A DNA stretch of 64,000 nucleotides from Botryllus schlosseri. Its lineage: Eukaryota. The stretch lies in the NCBI GenBank assembly GCA_051294905.1, contig CM119372.1, positions 6,758,001-6,822,000 of the forward strand, in the 5' to 3' direction. Positions 51,176 through 63,082 of the stretch are shown here, piece by piece. Every line of letters starts with the position of its first letter. Positions within the stretch are counted from its first letter, which is position 1. Below the pieces are notes generated by a model. The model searched no databases and was not told the DNA's origin. It was given only the letters and a program-made list of their open reading frames with translations. The position numbers were made by a program, and so were the translations under genes.

Positions 51176-52147
51176 CCTGTTGATCGGTAGTGCAGTTACC
51201 CACTCTGGAAACTAGCTGCAGTGCCAATCAGCTAATGGCAGCTGAATTCAATGCACGCTTCAGTTAATCGAGTTCATGTAACACAGCTAGCTAAATGAAC
51301 CTGAATAAAAGAGTAACAAAGACCTGTACCACACTATACTTTGGTAGATGTAGCAATTTTTATTCCCAAGACCTTGCACAGTTCAGTTTCTGTAAAGCCC
51401 TGAAGACCTACAACCCAACAAATATTATGTGACATAATGGCCATGAATCATTAATGAAAGGACTATTCCTTGGTATAGATGTGACTTTCACAGTTGGCTA
51501 TCGATAATATTGATTAAAAAGAGGGCAAAAAATTAGGAAGTCGATACAATCTTATTAGGGGAGAGAAAATATCTTCTCTTGTGAAGATTTGCTTTTACTG
51601 TTGTTGTCATAATATCCGTTGGTGCCACCGCACTCATTATGTAGCCGAAGTCATGAAATGGAATAGCTTAATCAACATGACATGTTCAAATCATCTTGGA
51701 TTGTATGATAGTACGTTGGCCACTCCGGCATGAATGAACTTGACTAATAATAAAAAATCCATAGGCATACATTGAAAACCATAAAATGAAATAACACTAA
51801 AGCAAATAGCTAGCTAACACCACAGATGTGGGAGAAAAGAAATCCTGACAGACTTGTCCACGAGTTTGCTGCTTGATAATACCTTGCACAATTCCAAGCT
51901 AAGACTAACAAATGTGGTACAAAAGATTTCTAAGAATCAGTTTTATACTAACGTACATTGTCGCCTCTCTGCAGTGCCCTTGTTAACGTTTTTCAAGCTG
52001 CAGACAAAGATTTTACCCAAGTTCAATATCCATATCAGTATCAGCATTCACTAACAATTTCATCAATTCAAAACACAAGATTGTGATAGGAAGAGTCGAA
52101 GAGACCTCTAGTGGTAAATTAATCAGACACCTACCTTGGCCTAAAAA

Positions 52148-52525
52148 CAGGGTTCTCAACCTTAACCCAAAAATCTTTTTGGGTGGTTGTGTGGACCCCC
52201 GAATCCACAATATTTTGGAAGCTTGTGGCTAAAAAATAATGGTCATCACTCTATCGAGACCCTCCTCACGGTCTGATTACCGGTTAGAGTTCAATAATTA
52301 GTGTTTGTAGTCATCTTATATTCCATGCGACTATCGTGACCTGCGGTAAGCGCTGGAAATAAGATAAAAACAAGGAATTAAGATGAGCCAAAAATATGGA
52401 AGGAACTTCTGAACAAAGGCACTGTAGTTTATTCGTTGTAGTTTCAACATTTGCCTTTTACGGGCCCCTAAAAACTAGCCTGTGAACCCACAAGGAGTCC
52501 ATGGACTTCAGGTTAGGAAACCTTG
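52148..52525. mobile_element. Degenerate Charlie-like MITE
   Basis: CAGGGTTCTCAACC / GGTTAGGAAACCTTG; no TSD match. Confidence 0.5.
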
Positions 52526-53291
52526 GTCTGGAAGACATAAATAAGACACATATGGAGATGCATCGACATTCAAGACGTAGGCTATCAATCGCAATTAATG
52601 ATAACAAAATCACTGAAACGGTCAGCAAGTTCAGCTCATTAACGAGATTGACATATAACAGTATAACAAAATTTGTGATAGTCCATGAAGAGACAATTTC
52701 ACGAACCCTACAGGCCTAGTCATCAATGTTATCACACTGTAATGAAGGTATACGGATTTTCAACATACATTCACATTTCGATGAATAGCACTTACTAGGT
52801 CCACAAAAATATTAGCCTACTTCCCAAGTATTTGTGTTATGAATGATTTGATTTAGAATGAAATTCAGCTACGGACGCTCAAGTGAGCCTATGCTGCACC
52901 TCGAATTAGTCGACTTTAAGGATCCTAAACAGTTCATTCATTCTTACTCAACTAAACAATCAACTACTAAACACATCGCAACAATCCTTATGCACTATAA
53001 TGGACTAACGGACCAAAGAGCTAACATATGCCTATCGCATAATGTTAGCACTTTTATTTCGGTACGAAACAGCACCATGCTCCCAAAATGTCACTCCTTC
53101 ACCTGTGCCTCGGTTTAGGCTGATTCTTAGTACCGGACTCAATCTAACGCTCCCGATTAATCCACAGAATAATACTATCCAATTATCGATATTGATCGAC
53201 ATATCGTGATAGACACAAAGATGTCTTGAACTTCTGCCTCGATGGACTATCTGAATGGGGCCGAGATCGGTACATGAATGTGCATTACAGT

Positions 53292-53819
53292 TAGGGCTGG
53301 GCAAAATCGAGTACCTGAGTGATTCGATTCTTAATCACGTAAAATGCTTCGAGTCGAGTCGAGTAATCGAGTATCACTCATTATGACGTCATAGCAGAAT
53401 ATTATTTGTCAAAGTTCAAATATGTACCTTTTAAGCGACCACATAGAATATAATGCCTGTTATCCATCATATTAAGGATACTTTGCTATTTGTTCGACCA
53501 TACCGATTTCATTGCATTTGGTGACAATATTGTGGGATGATCATGACGTCGGAAATGTGCTATTTCCAGTAATGTTCGTAGCTTTGTACTTCATGTTTCG
53601 CATGCTGCGATACGGCCAATCAAGGTTTCAAGGCTTCAACAGTGAAATTAGCATAAACTCGTTGATCGTTGATAAACTCCTCATTGATAAATCAACTTTA
53701 AGTGGCGAGGAGCGTATAATTTCAGTACTCGAAAAAACCGACTTTTACTACTCGACTCGAATCATTAAAATTAATACTCGATTCAGATTCGAGTACTCGA
53801 ATCATTGTGCCCAGCCCTA
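53292..53819. mobile_element. hAT MITE family C, copy 3
   Basis: Perfect TIR TAGGGCTGGGCA and perfect TSD ATTACAGT. Confidence 0.92.
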
Positions 53820-54560
53820 ATTACAGTTAGTGGATGAAATGCCTAAAACAAGGGTGCTCATAAGGTCTCTTTGAGCATATCTGACCGGTAGACTTTTGGT
53901 AGATTGACGACATACTATCAGCAATCCATAAAATTTACAACTGGTACTTCAGTTCATTCCATCAAGAAATACAAGGCAGATCATGAAATTAGGCAACTTC
54001 AGCCCAATTTATACAGGATACACCATATATTTTAGTCAACATGCTTCCTACGATCAAGTTATGGCAGCAGCGAATCAAGGTAGATGGCACATACTTCCCC
54101 GTTTGAATAGTTCAGATGCAGAAAATTAGTGGGCACTTCCGTAGTTAAACCAAACGTAAGCTTACAAGCTTTTGTGTCCAGTTCACATTAGTGAACACGA
54201 CATAACAATCATGTCAATCTTCGGCTGAAGTGTTTATACCAACAAAACAGCTGCATGCAATGTTTGAATACCTCATTGTGACTTCTGAGAATAATGTGCC
54301 CTACTACATGTATAGAAATGTAGCATGATTTATCTTATAGGTAAGTGGTTACCCAAGTATAAGTCGCAATTCTAACTCATGTTGCCTAATCAGGCTTTTT
54401 CGGTTTTTATGAATATTGCAGGCCTATCTGCCAATATAACAATACTCGTACTCGGTAATGTATACCCTGTTTTGAATCAGTGTCCTGTGCTCACACTACG
54501 TTTCATTTTTTAATCATTTTTTATTAAATTCCTTCTACTTGGAAAATCATCGCTGCTCAC

Positions 54561-55250
54561 CTGATGTATCAGGCAAAAAGGCCAGCGATTCCAATCAGGA
54601 TGTATTCTCAAGAAAATTCCTGAAACCCAGTTTGCGTTAAAATTCAGTACCGTGATAATTTGATCAGTAAAGCTACTACAACCATTCAATACAACAGTTA
54701 CGATAAGTTGCTACCGTGATATCGCATGACGCATGGCATAGCCGTCTTCATACAGACTATGGTAAAATCAGTAGAAATATTCTAATGCACTGCTGAGTGC
54801 AGACTGCTTCAAATGAAACATGGTGCAAAAGATATCGCGGGAGACATAGCAAATGAAATAAATATATAAGCACATGTTCATATTGACGGGTATATACGCT
54901 TTATGGCAAATCTTCTACTCTATACACATACGAGCGTACGGGTCAGGTAACGACAACAAAGCTATACGGTAGCCTCCTTTCTCAACTATTTCGGGAGCCC
55001 TGCCCTGCTGAATGTTCTGCTTCGGCGGTTATTTGGTTATTCAAGAAATTCTTGTCGGATATGAGCGTATTCGCTAGTATCGAAATAACTATCAAATAAA
55101 ATCTCTAAAATACCTTATAAAATTTGTCCGAAAAATCTGTCTGCACCGATACCGCATAATCACTGGATAATCTCGCCACACATTACGTTAGAGAAATCCT
55201 GCTATTATTCTACGTTGTGAGCAATTTTAAAATCCGGATCTACTCCGACT
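54561..55250 (-). promoter_or_regulatory. Candidate non-coding first exon / promoter region of syntaxin
   Basis: The syntaxin ATG is preceded by an acceptor (CAG|G ATG at 51176-51178), so it needs an upstream exon or trans-splicing. A strong donor CAG|GTGAGC lies at 54559-54561, and CpG density rises at ~54900-55250. Confidence 0.35.
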
Positions 55251-55429
55251 CCAAAGCGGAGAAGATGAAAGCAGTATAGAAAGTCACTGAAGTAGAAGTA
55301 GAAGTAAACTCAGAGATTGCCTCTCAGATACGAGTTAAGTAGTAAAGTAAATTCATCTTTGAATCAGTGTGTATCTGGAGCTGTAGATAGAATAAACAAT
55401 TCAAAAATTTTACAGACTCTATTTTATCA

Positions 55430-55761
55430 TAGGGTTACCATACGACCTCCTATAGGAGGATTTGTCCTACTTTTTCAGGTTTTTGAAAATGTCCTCATAG
55501 GACGCCTAAATGTCCTCCTTTTTGAGATTTTGTCCTCTTTTTTGAGAATTTTTGTTAAATATAGTGCAGATTCGATACAGTAAATAAGCACTGAAGAAAC
55601 GCTCCGGAGGCTATTTCGGGAGCTGAGCCAGAAAGTTGACCATTTTTGAGTCAGCCGACCACGAAGTGGTAAAAAATTTACCATTTTTTGAAGATTATCC
55701 TCCGGGATTCTAAGTTTGAAAATTTTGAAAAAGTGTCCTACTTCAAAATATGGTAACCCTG
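55430..55761. mobile_element. MITE with AGGGTTACCATA ends, copy 2
   Basis: TAGGGTTACCATA / TATGGTAACCCTG; homologous to 27598-27957. Confidence 0.75.
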
Positions 55762-55893
55762 TGTTATGGTGGGTAGTAAAGATACATTGACATTTACTTA
55801 TTCCGATAAAATATAGGTGATAAACGTAATGCATGCCTTCAACTTCAACATCAACATCAATCCAAGAAGCTCTTTAAAAAAGAAATACAAAAC

Positions 55894-55895
<2 letters not shown>

Positions 55896-55930
<35 letters not shown>
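55896..55930. repeat. (GA)n microsatellite
   Basis: Uninterrupted GA dinucleotide run of ~35 nt. Confidence 0.95.
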
Positions 55931-55933
<3 letters not shown>

Positions 55934-56586
55934 GAGTATGGTGAGAGAATCTTTATTTTCATCCAACAGAAATACATAACAAACAGACAGCCATTATGGT
56001 GATGCAGGATATATAGCTCAGTGATATATACGCATGCACAAGCACAAGCACATGCACACTGCAAGTATTCTGCATCAGATATAAATGATGGATATCACCT
56101 TGGAAGTCAACTAGTCTAACCACACCCGCATCAAACAGGTACACTTGTCTCTATGCACAGTCTGAATAATATATTTAATGCGATTCGAGCTAAAAGCTCA
56201 AAGGTAGGTCAGTTAGAGGGCCTAAAAATGCTCCAAAGTACTATAAAAGTCACTCAACTATGAGTGGCATTGAGTTCTATGACCTATCGAATGTCTGCGG
56301 TCGCTGTTTAACCGTAGACTGTCGCCCGAGAGCGATCAGTATCCACTATCCATCTGCGCCATAGATGATGGAGATCAGTATCAGTATCATAAAATAGGGA
56401 GGCTTGCAGACTGGATGGAAAGAAATAAGAATATGCGGTCAAATTAGTCAAAAAAGTTTCTCAAGTAGACGTAGGAGTAGCGACGCAAAAATGTACTCAA
56501 GCACAACCACTACTGGAAATGGTGTTTTAAAAGCAGCCGAAAACTACTTCAAGCAAAAGTAGAATTGAATGGCTTTACATCTATAC

Positions 56587-57188
56587 CAGGGGCGGGCAAC
56601 TTCTCCAGGCGGCGGGTGGCGACGACTGAATCTAAGACCTTCCGGTCCCCCGTTGTCTCCCAATCCATACCAATTTACATGTTGTGTTTGTTCGTGAGAT
56701 GAATAAATGCATACTGACTGACTGACTGACTGACTGACTGGACGGATATGGGAAAATGAAGTACTTGGCGGGCCGGATTACTGAATTGATACATTAAGCG
56801 CGTATTTATTCACCTATACAAGGATTAATCGTAATTATTGTGAACTTCAAGTATAAAGCATAGAGACTAAAACAGTATTCAATGAATTTATTAACGTAAT
56901 GTAGCCTACTTCAGTAGCTGTTGAAGTCAATGAGATATCTGTGGTCGATCAAAGTTAGGATTGGCAAGTTCTTTGAACTCTGGATTTGTGCCAGGCACAA
57001 AGAAAACAAATAACCATATAAAGAATAACCTACACAGTCACTATAATTTGGCATAGTAAAGCAGTGGAGAATTGCGGCACTGTGACCGAGGGCCTTATTA
57101 TCATGTAAGACCGGAAACTGTCCGCGGGACGTTCAAAATCCCTTCGCGGGCCAGCTCTGGCCCGCGGGCTGTATGTTGCCTGCCCCTG
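56587..57188. mobile_element. Charlie-like hAT MITE (nested) with internal (ACTG)7
   Basis: CAGGGGCGGGCAAC / GTTGCCTGCCCCTG; perfect TSD ATCTATAC; (ACTG)7 at 56713-56740. Confidence 0.92.
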
Positions 57189-57290
57189 ATCTATACTCAA
57201 GTAGTTGTGGACAGCAGTCAAATATACGCTCTCATGCACTGTCGAAAGCTGGAAACTGAGCTGTGCAGGAGGTGCAAATAGCTGGGTTGC

Positions 57291-57600
57291 TTAGGGATAC
57301 CATATTTTGGAAATGTGGAAAGAGGACACTTGTCAAAAAAATTTCCGACTCACAATTCTGGAGTAAAATCCGGAAAAATGCTCAATTTTCCCCGACTTTG
57401 TGGTTGGTTGACTAAAAAAAGTCAACTTTCCGGCTCAGCTACCGAAATAGCCGCCGGAGAGTTGCTTCAGTGCTGATTTCCTGTAGCTCACTCGAGTTTT
57501 ACCCTATATCCAAACAAAATTCTCAAAAAAGAGGCGATTCGGGCGTCCTCCGAGGACACTTTTAAAAAAGTCAAAAAAGACGACAAATCCTCCTGTTTGT
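57291..57600. mobile_element. MITE with AGGGTTACCATA ends, copy 3 (inverted, degenerate end)
   Basis: TAGGGATACCATATTTTGG... is the reverse-complement homolog of 55430-55761. Confidence 0.65.
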
Positions 57601-57614
57601 TTGTTCTTGATATA

Positions 57615-57826
57615 TTAATGGTGTTCGTCGACTACGGCACGGCACGACACGGCCCACTTTCAGACTTTTTGTAAGAAACTGCTTACGTGGATGAGGTGGC
57701 AAGGAGGAGCATAGATAAACCTCCGACGTTTAGGTATAGTAATTCTGAAGTCGACCTCGGTCGGACTGGAACCCGCAAGCCATTGGTGTTGCAGCTGCGG
57801 ATTATACCACTGCGCTATTTCGCTAC
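57615..57826 (-). mobile_element. tRNA-derived SINE-like element
   Basis: The minus strand has an A box TAGCGCAGTGGT and a B box GGGTTCCAGTCC at tRNA-like spacing, followed by a non-tRNA body. There is no clean acceptor stem. Confidence 0.55.
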
Positions 57827-58146
57827 GACAAATCCTGTAAAAGAGGAGGTATGGTAACCGTCAAGTTGCTACGCCCGAGCACTCGAGCAGGTGTCCATTT
57901 TACACTGCATGTGAATTCGACCGCATCATGCGACGCAAATAATGAGAATTTTTCGATGGGACTGCGGTTATTCACTTGCTTTCTCCTGCGCCCAACAATT
58001 GTCATGTAATTGTCAATCAAACCTGTATTATAATGCTCGTAGGGACGAAGTGCAATACGAAGAAGTTGTATATTGAATACTGCACGTCGTGTGGTATTAT
58101 CGGTACATTAATTATAATACATATGTCGTGCAAATACCATTTACAT

Positions 58147-58801
58147 CAGGGTTTTAACCAAGTCACAAGGCTCCGAGTCACAAGTCAATCTCACTTGTAT
58201 AGTTTTGACTCGAGTCAAGTCGAGTCATTTCAGTTCACCACCGAGTCAAGTCCGAGTCCAAGTCAGCGAGCAGAGTGCCGAGTCCGAGTCATGAAATTAT
58301 GACTCGAGTCCGAGTCCAAGTCATTGTGTTGACTGCTCAAGTGCTCAGTTTCGAGTTGAAGACTTGGTAAACCCATTTTTTATAACTCTGTTGGGTGATA
58401 TCGAATGGTTCGCATTTACAATATACCAATTTTTCTTACTTTTAGCAGTTTATGGTCGCATTGTCAAGTACTAGTACCAACAGACGAAATCCCAATAGTG
58501 TGTTGGCTTCGGAATAACAATGAAATGTCGGTCTTGGCCGTCTGAGTCTCGAGTCAATGACTTGGTTCGAGTCATGCGCAATGACTCGAGTCCAAGTCGA
58601 GTCAATACACAGAATGGCTCGACTCGAGTCAAGTCGAGTCATTTCCGTATTTTGAATAAATGACTCGAGTCCAAGTCGAGTCAATACACAGAATGACTCG
58701 ACTCGAGTCGAGTCATTTCCGTATTTTGAATAAATGACTCGAGTCAAGTCGAGTCATCGGAAAATCGTGACTCGAGTCGGACTCGAGTCATTACAACCCT
58801 G
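58147..58801. mobile_element. hAT MITE family D, copy 2
   Basis: CAGGGTTTTAA / TTACAACCCTG; perfect TSD ATTTACAT; many GACTCGAGTC palindromes; an internal tandem duplication at ~58580-58750. Confidence 0.92.
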
Positions 58802-60812
58802 ATTTACATTGTATTTTACTTCCGGAAAATAGAGGCGACTTTCGTGGGCACATATTTTTAGTCCCTATTGATTTCGCGCGAATCACGACGGAAACTCTGG
58901 ACTTAACTCAAGTTTTGTGAAAATTAAATTCTTGTTGGTTCTCCGTGAAAGCAGCCCCTAAATTTATCTGCCTCAGCCTTTCTCTCTCTCTCTCTCTCTC
59001 ATTAATATTTCTACTTGACAAACAGTGAATATCGAAAACTAAGTAAGTAAATCATAAAATATTACGAACTAGAAGTAGCGGAAATTCAGATTAACTTGAG
59101 AAAGTACTGCAAGTAGAAAGAAACTACTTGATTACTTCGATAAAGCAGAAGTACTTCGTTACTGACCACCTCTGGAAATAAGGGATGACATAAAACGTGT
59201 GTTTAAAATGAATGGCGCATGTGTCGATAGGCGGTGTTGATATGTCGGATCGAGGTCCTGTAATCTTGATATAGAGCCGGGTTTTTCGCGGCTAAACGTC
59301 GGATATTTTCGGAAAATGCTTCAGGCTTTGAAAAAGAGTAGACCATTCTTCGGATGTCATATAAATTGCAACTTTTCCAATACCGTGAGAGTCTCTAACT
59401 GAGATATATAGACAGTTAGACACATTAAGGAATAACGCTTTTGATGACGGGGATCTGGAGTTAATAAATTCGGGAAATTTCTATCTCGTAACCACTTTCG
59501 GATACCATTGGAATTTAATGTTGAAAACATTGAAACCGGATCGAATAGGTATACATAGCAATAATTTCTGTAGGATCGTATTCTCAAAATGCCAAATCCA
59601 GTCACCCTTAGTTGCCATGCCATTAGCGATAGCCTGTGGCTAATGGTTATTATATCCTTACAAATTCGGTTCATCGCATTTACTGACGGTGACTCCAAAT
59701 TGGAGTCGGCCGAAAACCTCAAAGTAGCGTGGGATTATATATTCTTTGATGACATATTATCAAATCGAACTATCAAAAACGACATAGTTTTTCAATATGT
59801 TCCGCGTGGCCAACCTCAAATGCTACTGTGACTCTGTTCGGTCGGGCCCACTCACAACAGAGTAGTCCTACTATAGATGTCAACGAGGATTAAACTATAG
59901 TATTTTTTGTGAATTGAAGTCCAGTCCTACTGAATTCCACCCATAAGAACTACAACACCGTCACATTACTCAGATCGTTCAATGACGTTTCTCGGCCAGT
60001 ATTGTGCACCTGGTCCTATAGCTGGCTTACGTTAATATTATCGAGTATCCTCTGTCTCCGAGATATTTTTCAGATCATCCTACCCGTTAGCTGTTTGTTG
60101 TAATAGTTAAAATGAAGGTTATTTGCTTCCCTGCATGAGTGCGACTTCGGAGCATTGTTCTGTGAAATCATTAAAATTCCTCAAAGTCAAGTTTTCTGTT
60201 ATCTCATTGTGACGTCATCGATCTGTTTTCGTCACAATATTTTGGAAATGATTTCGCTCCTCCACGATTACCCTCCTGGCAATGAATATGATGTCTCAAA
60301 CGCTCGATGTGACCCTGATGTATCAGTCCTGTGTTACTTCGTGAATATGGATCGCGGCACAAAACTTCAACGCGTAAATGGGTACGGATGAACGGCTATC
60401 GCTACCTAACAGTAACAACGTCCCTGATGTCCATCATATAGTTAGAAACTCAAACGATACACGGTCACCATATTTCATTCCTTTAAAACCGTGATAAACA
60501 ATAGGAACATAAACAAAGCGATACAAGCAGCAAATTAAAATATTCAATTAAAAATTGTCATGCTAGGCATAAGTACTGGGAATTTCATTCCGTTCAAGCC
60601 AACGGTCGTAGTCAACGAGCACTGCTGCGTTTCTAGCCTGCGAATATATCACGTCCGCCATGGCTTTCTAAAAAATGTCGGACTATTACAGTCCGTCCGG
60701 TTAACATGCCTGCGTCCGATTACTGTAACAATGAAGGATGATATATACTGCACGGTGCGCACCCTCCACCCCTCGGCTATCAAGTGGCACAAACATTCAT
60801 CGACACTTTACG

Positions 60813-60904
60813 TCAATAACCGTCTCTGCTCAACATTTGCGTGAATATCAAAGGCATTGCACCATCCGGAACTTCGGTTTTGAGCAAATCCACGCGTCCG
60901 GCTC
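60813..60904 (-). CDS. RAR: Retinoic acid receptor terminal coding exon (H11-H12/AF-2)
   Basis: Acceptor TGTTTTCTTCAG, encoding (G)AGRVDLLKTEVPDGAMPLIFTQMLSRDGY*. It aligns to RARA [24 protein letters not shown]. The intron 60905-61058 is 154 nt. Confidence 0.88.
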
Positions 60905-61058
60905 CTGAAGAAAACAGTGTCAAGCGTTATCCATTAGGTGATGACAAATAATCATTTATTGTAATGGCTTAGAGATTGCTATCACGCTCCAACGCCGGCA
61001 AGGATATTCAGTAAGTGAAAGTCGAGAGGGTCATTAGACATTAACCAATCCCGCATAC

Positions 61059-61217
61059 CTTCAATGCTGATGCTTCGAAGATCCGTGATTTTCATCAGCA
61101 TTTTTGCGAACATCTGAGGTTGTTTCGGTCTGTTGTGGCGTGTGTAGACTCGCAACGCTTCCAGTAAAGGTTCTTGTAAACGCTCCACTTTCTCCGGCTC
61201 TTCCAAACCAGGGCGAT
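61059..61217 (-). CDS. RAR: Retinoic acid receptor ligand-binding domain, penultimate exon (H9-H11)
   Basis: 159-nt phase 1-1 exon [53 protein letters not shown](G). It resembles human [58 protein letters not shown] with the same boundaries as recalled for that exon. Earlier exons were not found in 61218-64000. Confidence 0.92.
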
Positions 61218-61669
61218 CTAAAGAGCAACGTAACAAGTCGAAGATGCTATCTTTCTTCACGATCACGTTATACGTCATAAATGAGTATTCCATATGAAAT
61301 CACACATGTACCGTCTATGAAGCATTACTATTGTTCTTTAACGTATCAGATATATCAGCGCCTGACGCAGCCCCATGGTGAAGATAATAGTTGCTATTCG
61401 TAAGACTTATAAATCGAAGCCACATCCAAAAATGTTAATTGCTCATACCCTACGCAGTGGCCTATGAAGGGCTTACGAAGTTCGCAAAACCTAGATTTGG
61501 ATTCGGGCAAGTTTTGAATAAATTCATGTCGCTTCTCAATGAATGCGTCTTGGATATCTAGAATCTGACAATCCTCATTTTAACATAACACTTCGCGATC
61601 AGTGAAACCATTTTGGTACGTGGTGCTACTAAGACGAGCTACTAAAAATATCGTGGGTTTGTCCTAGGT

Positions 61670-61790
61670 CACACAAGCGTGCGACACTTGAGCATGAGGT
61701 TAAAGTTAAGGTTCATTTTTGGGGTTATGGTTAGTTCTAAGGTTGTAAAGTCACATGCTCAACTGTCGTTTTCCATTGTGTCGCAATCTT
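61670..61790 (-). repeat. Partial inverted copy of the (TAACCC)-containing element at 63083-63985
   Basis: Shares GCGACAC..GAGCATG, GGTTA-type repeats and CTGTCGTTTTC.ATTGTGTCGC with the reverse complement of 63710-63950. Confidence 0.6.
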
Positions 61791-63082
61791 ACATGCCAGG
61801 CAACCTTCGTCAAACCCCTGCATAGAAATACGGCATATTTCGATTCCAAGCATCAAGTCAGTTCAGCAATAGACAATCATTAAATCGATGGCCCATCTCT
61901 ACCCTTTCGGAATAAAGCTAATAAATCACTGCTAGCCATGGATCGACGACAGATGAAAGCGAGATCGGGCCACAGATCAAGGGGAGAATTGAATGATAAC
62001 GCACAAAGGAGTTTCGCTAACAAACAGTAATGGCCAACATGACGCGAACGCGCGACGCGTTACTTTATTGACCGGCGCACAATATTACAATCCCATCAAT
62101 GTATCTTACTGCGACAATATGTAAAACGGGATGGAAGTGTAATATCACAAATGCGGCATTGCGGCTTGGGTGATGTGAATACGGCTATAGGTCGAACAGT
62201 ATTGATACGATCGTTGATAATACATGATGGATGCGGGAACGGTTATCTTGCGAAATGACAGATTTTCGTCGTCGATTACGTATGGTACAGCCGTCATATT
62301 TGCGAAGGCGTCGTTGCTTTCTAACTGATCTTTGTTATCGCACATTATGAGAATTCCTTCGAAAGTTCACGACTTTCCGCCGCTTGTCAAATCGGAAGAG
62401 TACATGTAATTGACTCTATTTCGTGTCTTGAGTTTGTGGTACGACAGAACGCTGCTCTGTCTAGTTGAAGCGTTACGGTAGCTAATGCGAGTTCGGTACC
62501 CCCGTTCGTGCACGGATTCTTAAACTTTTTTGGTCGCGGAGCCCGTCAAATTTCATGGGCGTTAGTGTGCACCCCCACAATTTCACAAGCTGGTGATTAG
62601 AAAAAGGTGTCTACTCTGTGACCAATCTCGAAATTTAGGCTATTGGCGTCTAAAAAGCTACCTGATAACTGATAAAAATGGCAATGGCACCAAGCTCAAC
62701 TTTATATAGGCTATTCCATGCCTGAAACAACTTAACTTAGAACTAGACAAGTTTTAATCACTCACGCCGTCATTCCCGACGGGTAATCTGATTTTGTAGT
62801 TACCGGTACTTGAAGTTCAACATTCCGCTTTCATATATACCCAAATAAACTAGTTCGCAGAACCCAGTTTGAGAACCATTACGACAGTGCTTTTCCGGAG
62901 CTGGTTAACTGCTTTAGGACGTCTATGGTACAAAGTGAAACAGTGAACGCAACGCCTTTGAGCAAAACGGTAAGCAACGCTAGCTTAAAACTTTATCGAA
63001 ACTCAATCATATCACCGGCACACGACACGGCATTTTTCTGATATGGTGATCGAGTGTAGAAGATGATGAGGATATTGCAAAT

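Larger units (their letters stand above)
56433..59174. mobile_element. Second copy of the 11839-13123 element, interrupted by four younger insertions
   Basis: 56435-56586, 57197-57285 and 58830-59174 align with copy 1; right end TGACCACCTCTG. Confidence 0.7.

Noticed and set aside
57740-57826. Possible tRNA gene
   Set aside because: A and B boxes are present, but there is no convincing acceptor stem or cloverleaf and it continues into a non-tRNA body. It is called SINE-like instead.
59357-59722. 121-aa minus-strand ORF with a faint transposase-like WLRDRNFP
   Set aside because: No DDE residues or TIRs; not distinguishable from chance.
3820-60730. TACAGTA/TACTGTA as Tc1-type excision footprints
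   Set aside because: About a dozen were seen, close to my rough chance expectation (~13) for this base composition.
62145-62345. Minus-strand ORF in the RAR intron considered as an upstream RAR exon
   Set aside because: No similarity to RAR H5-H8. The upstream exon must lie beyond the window.
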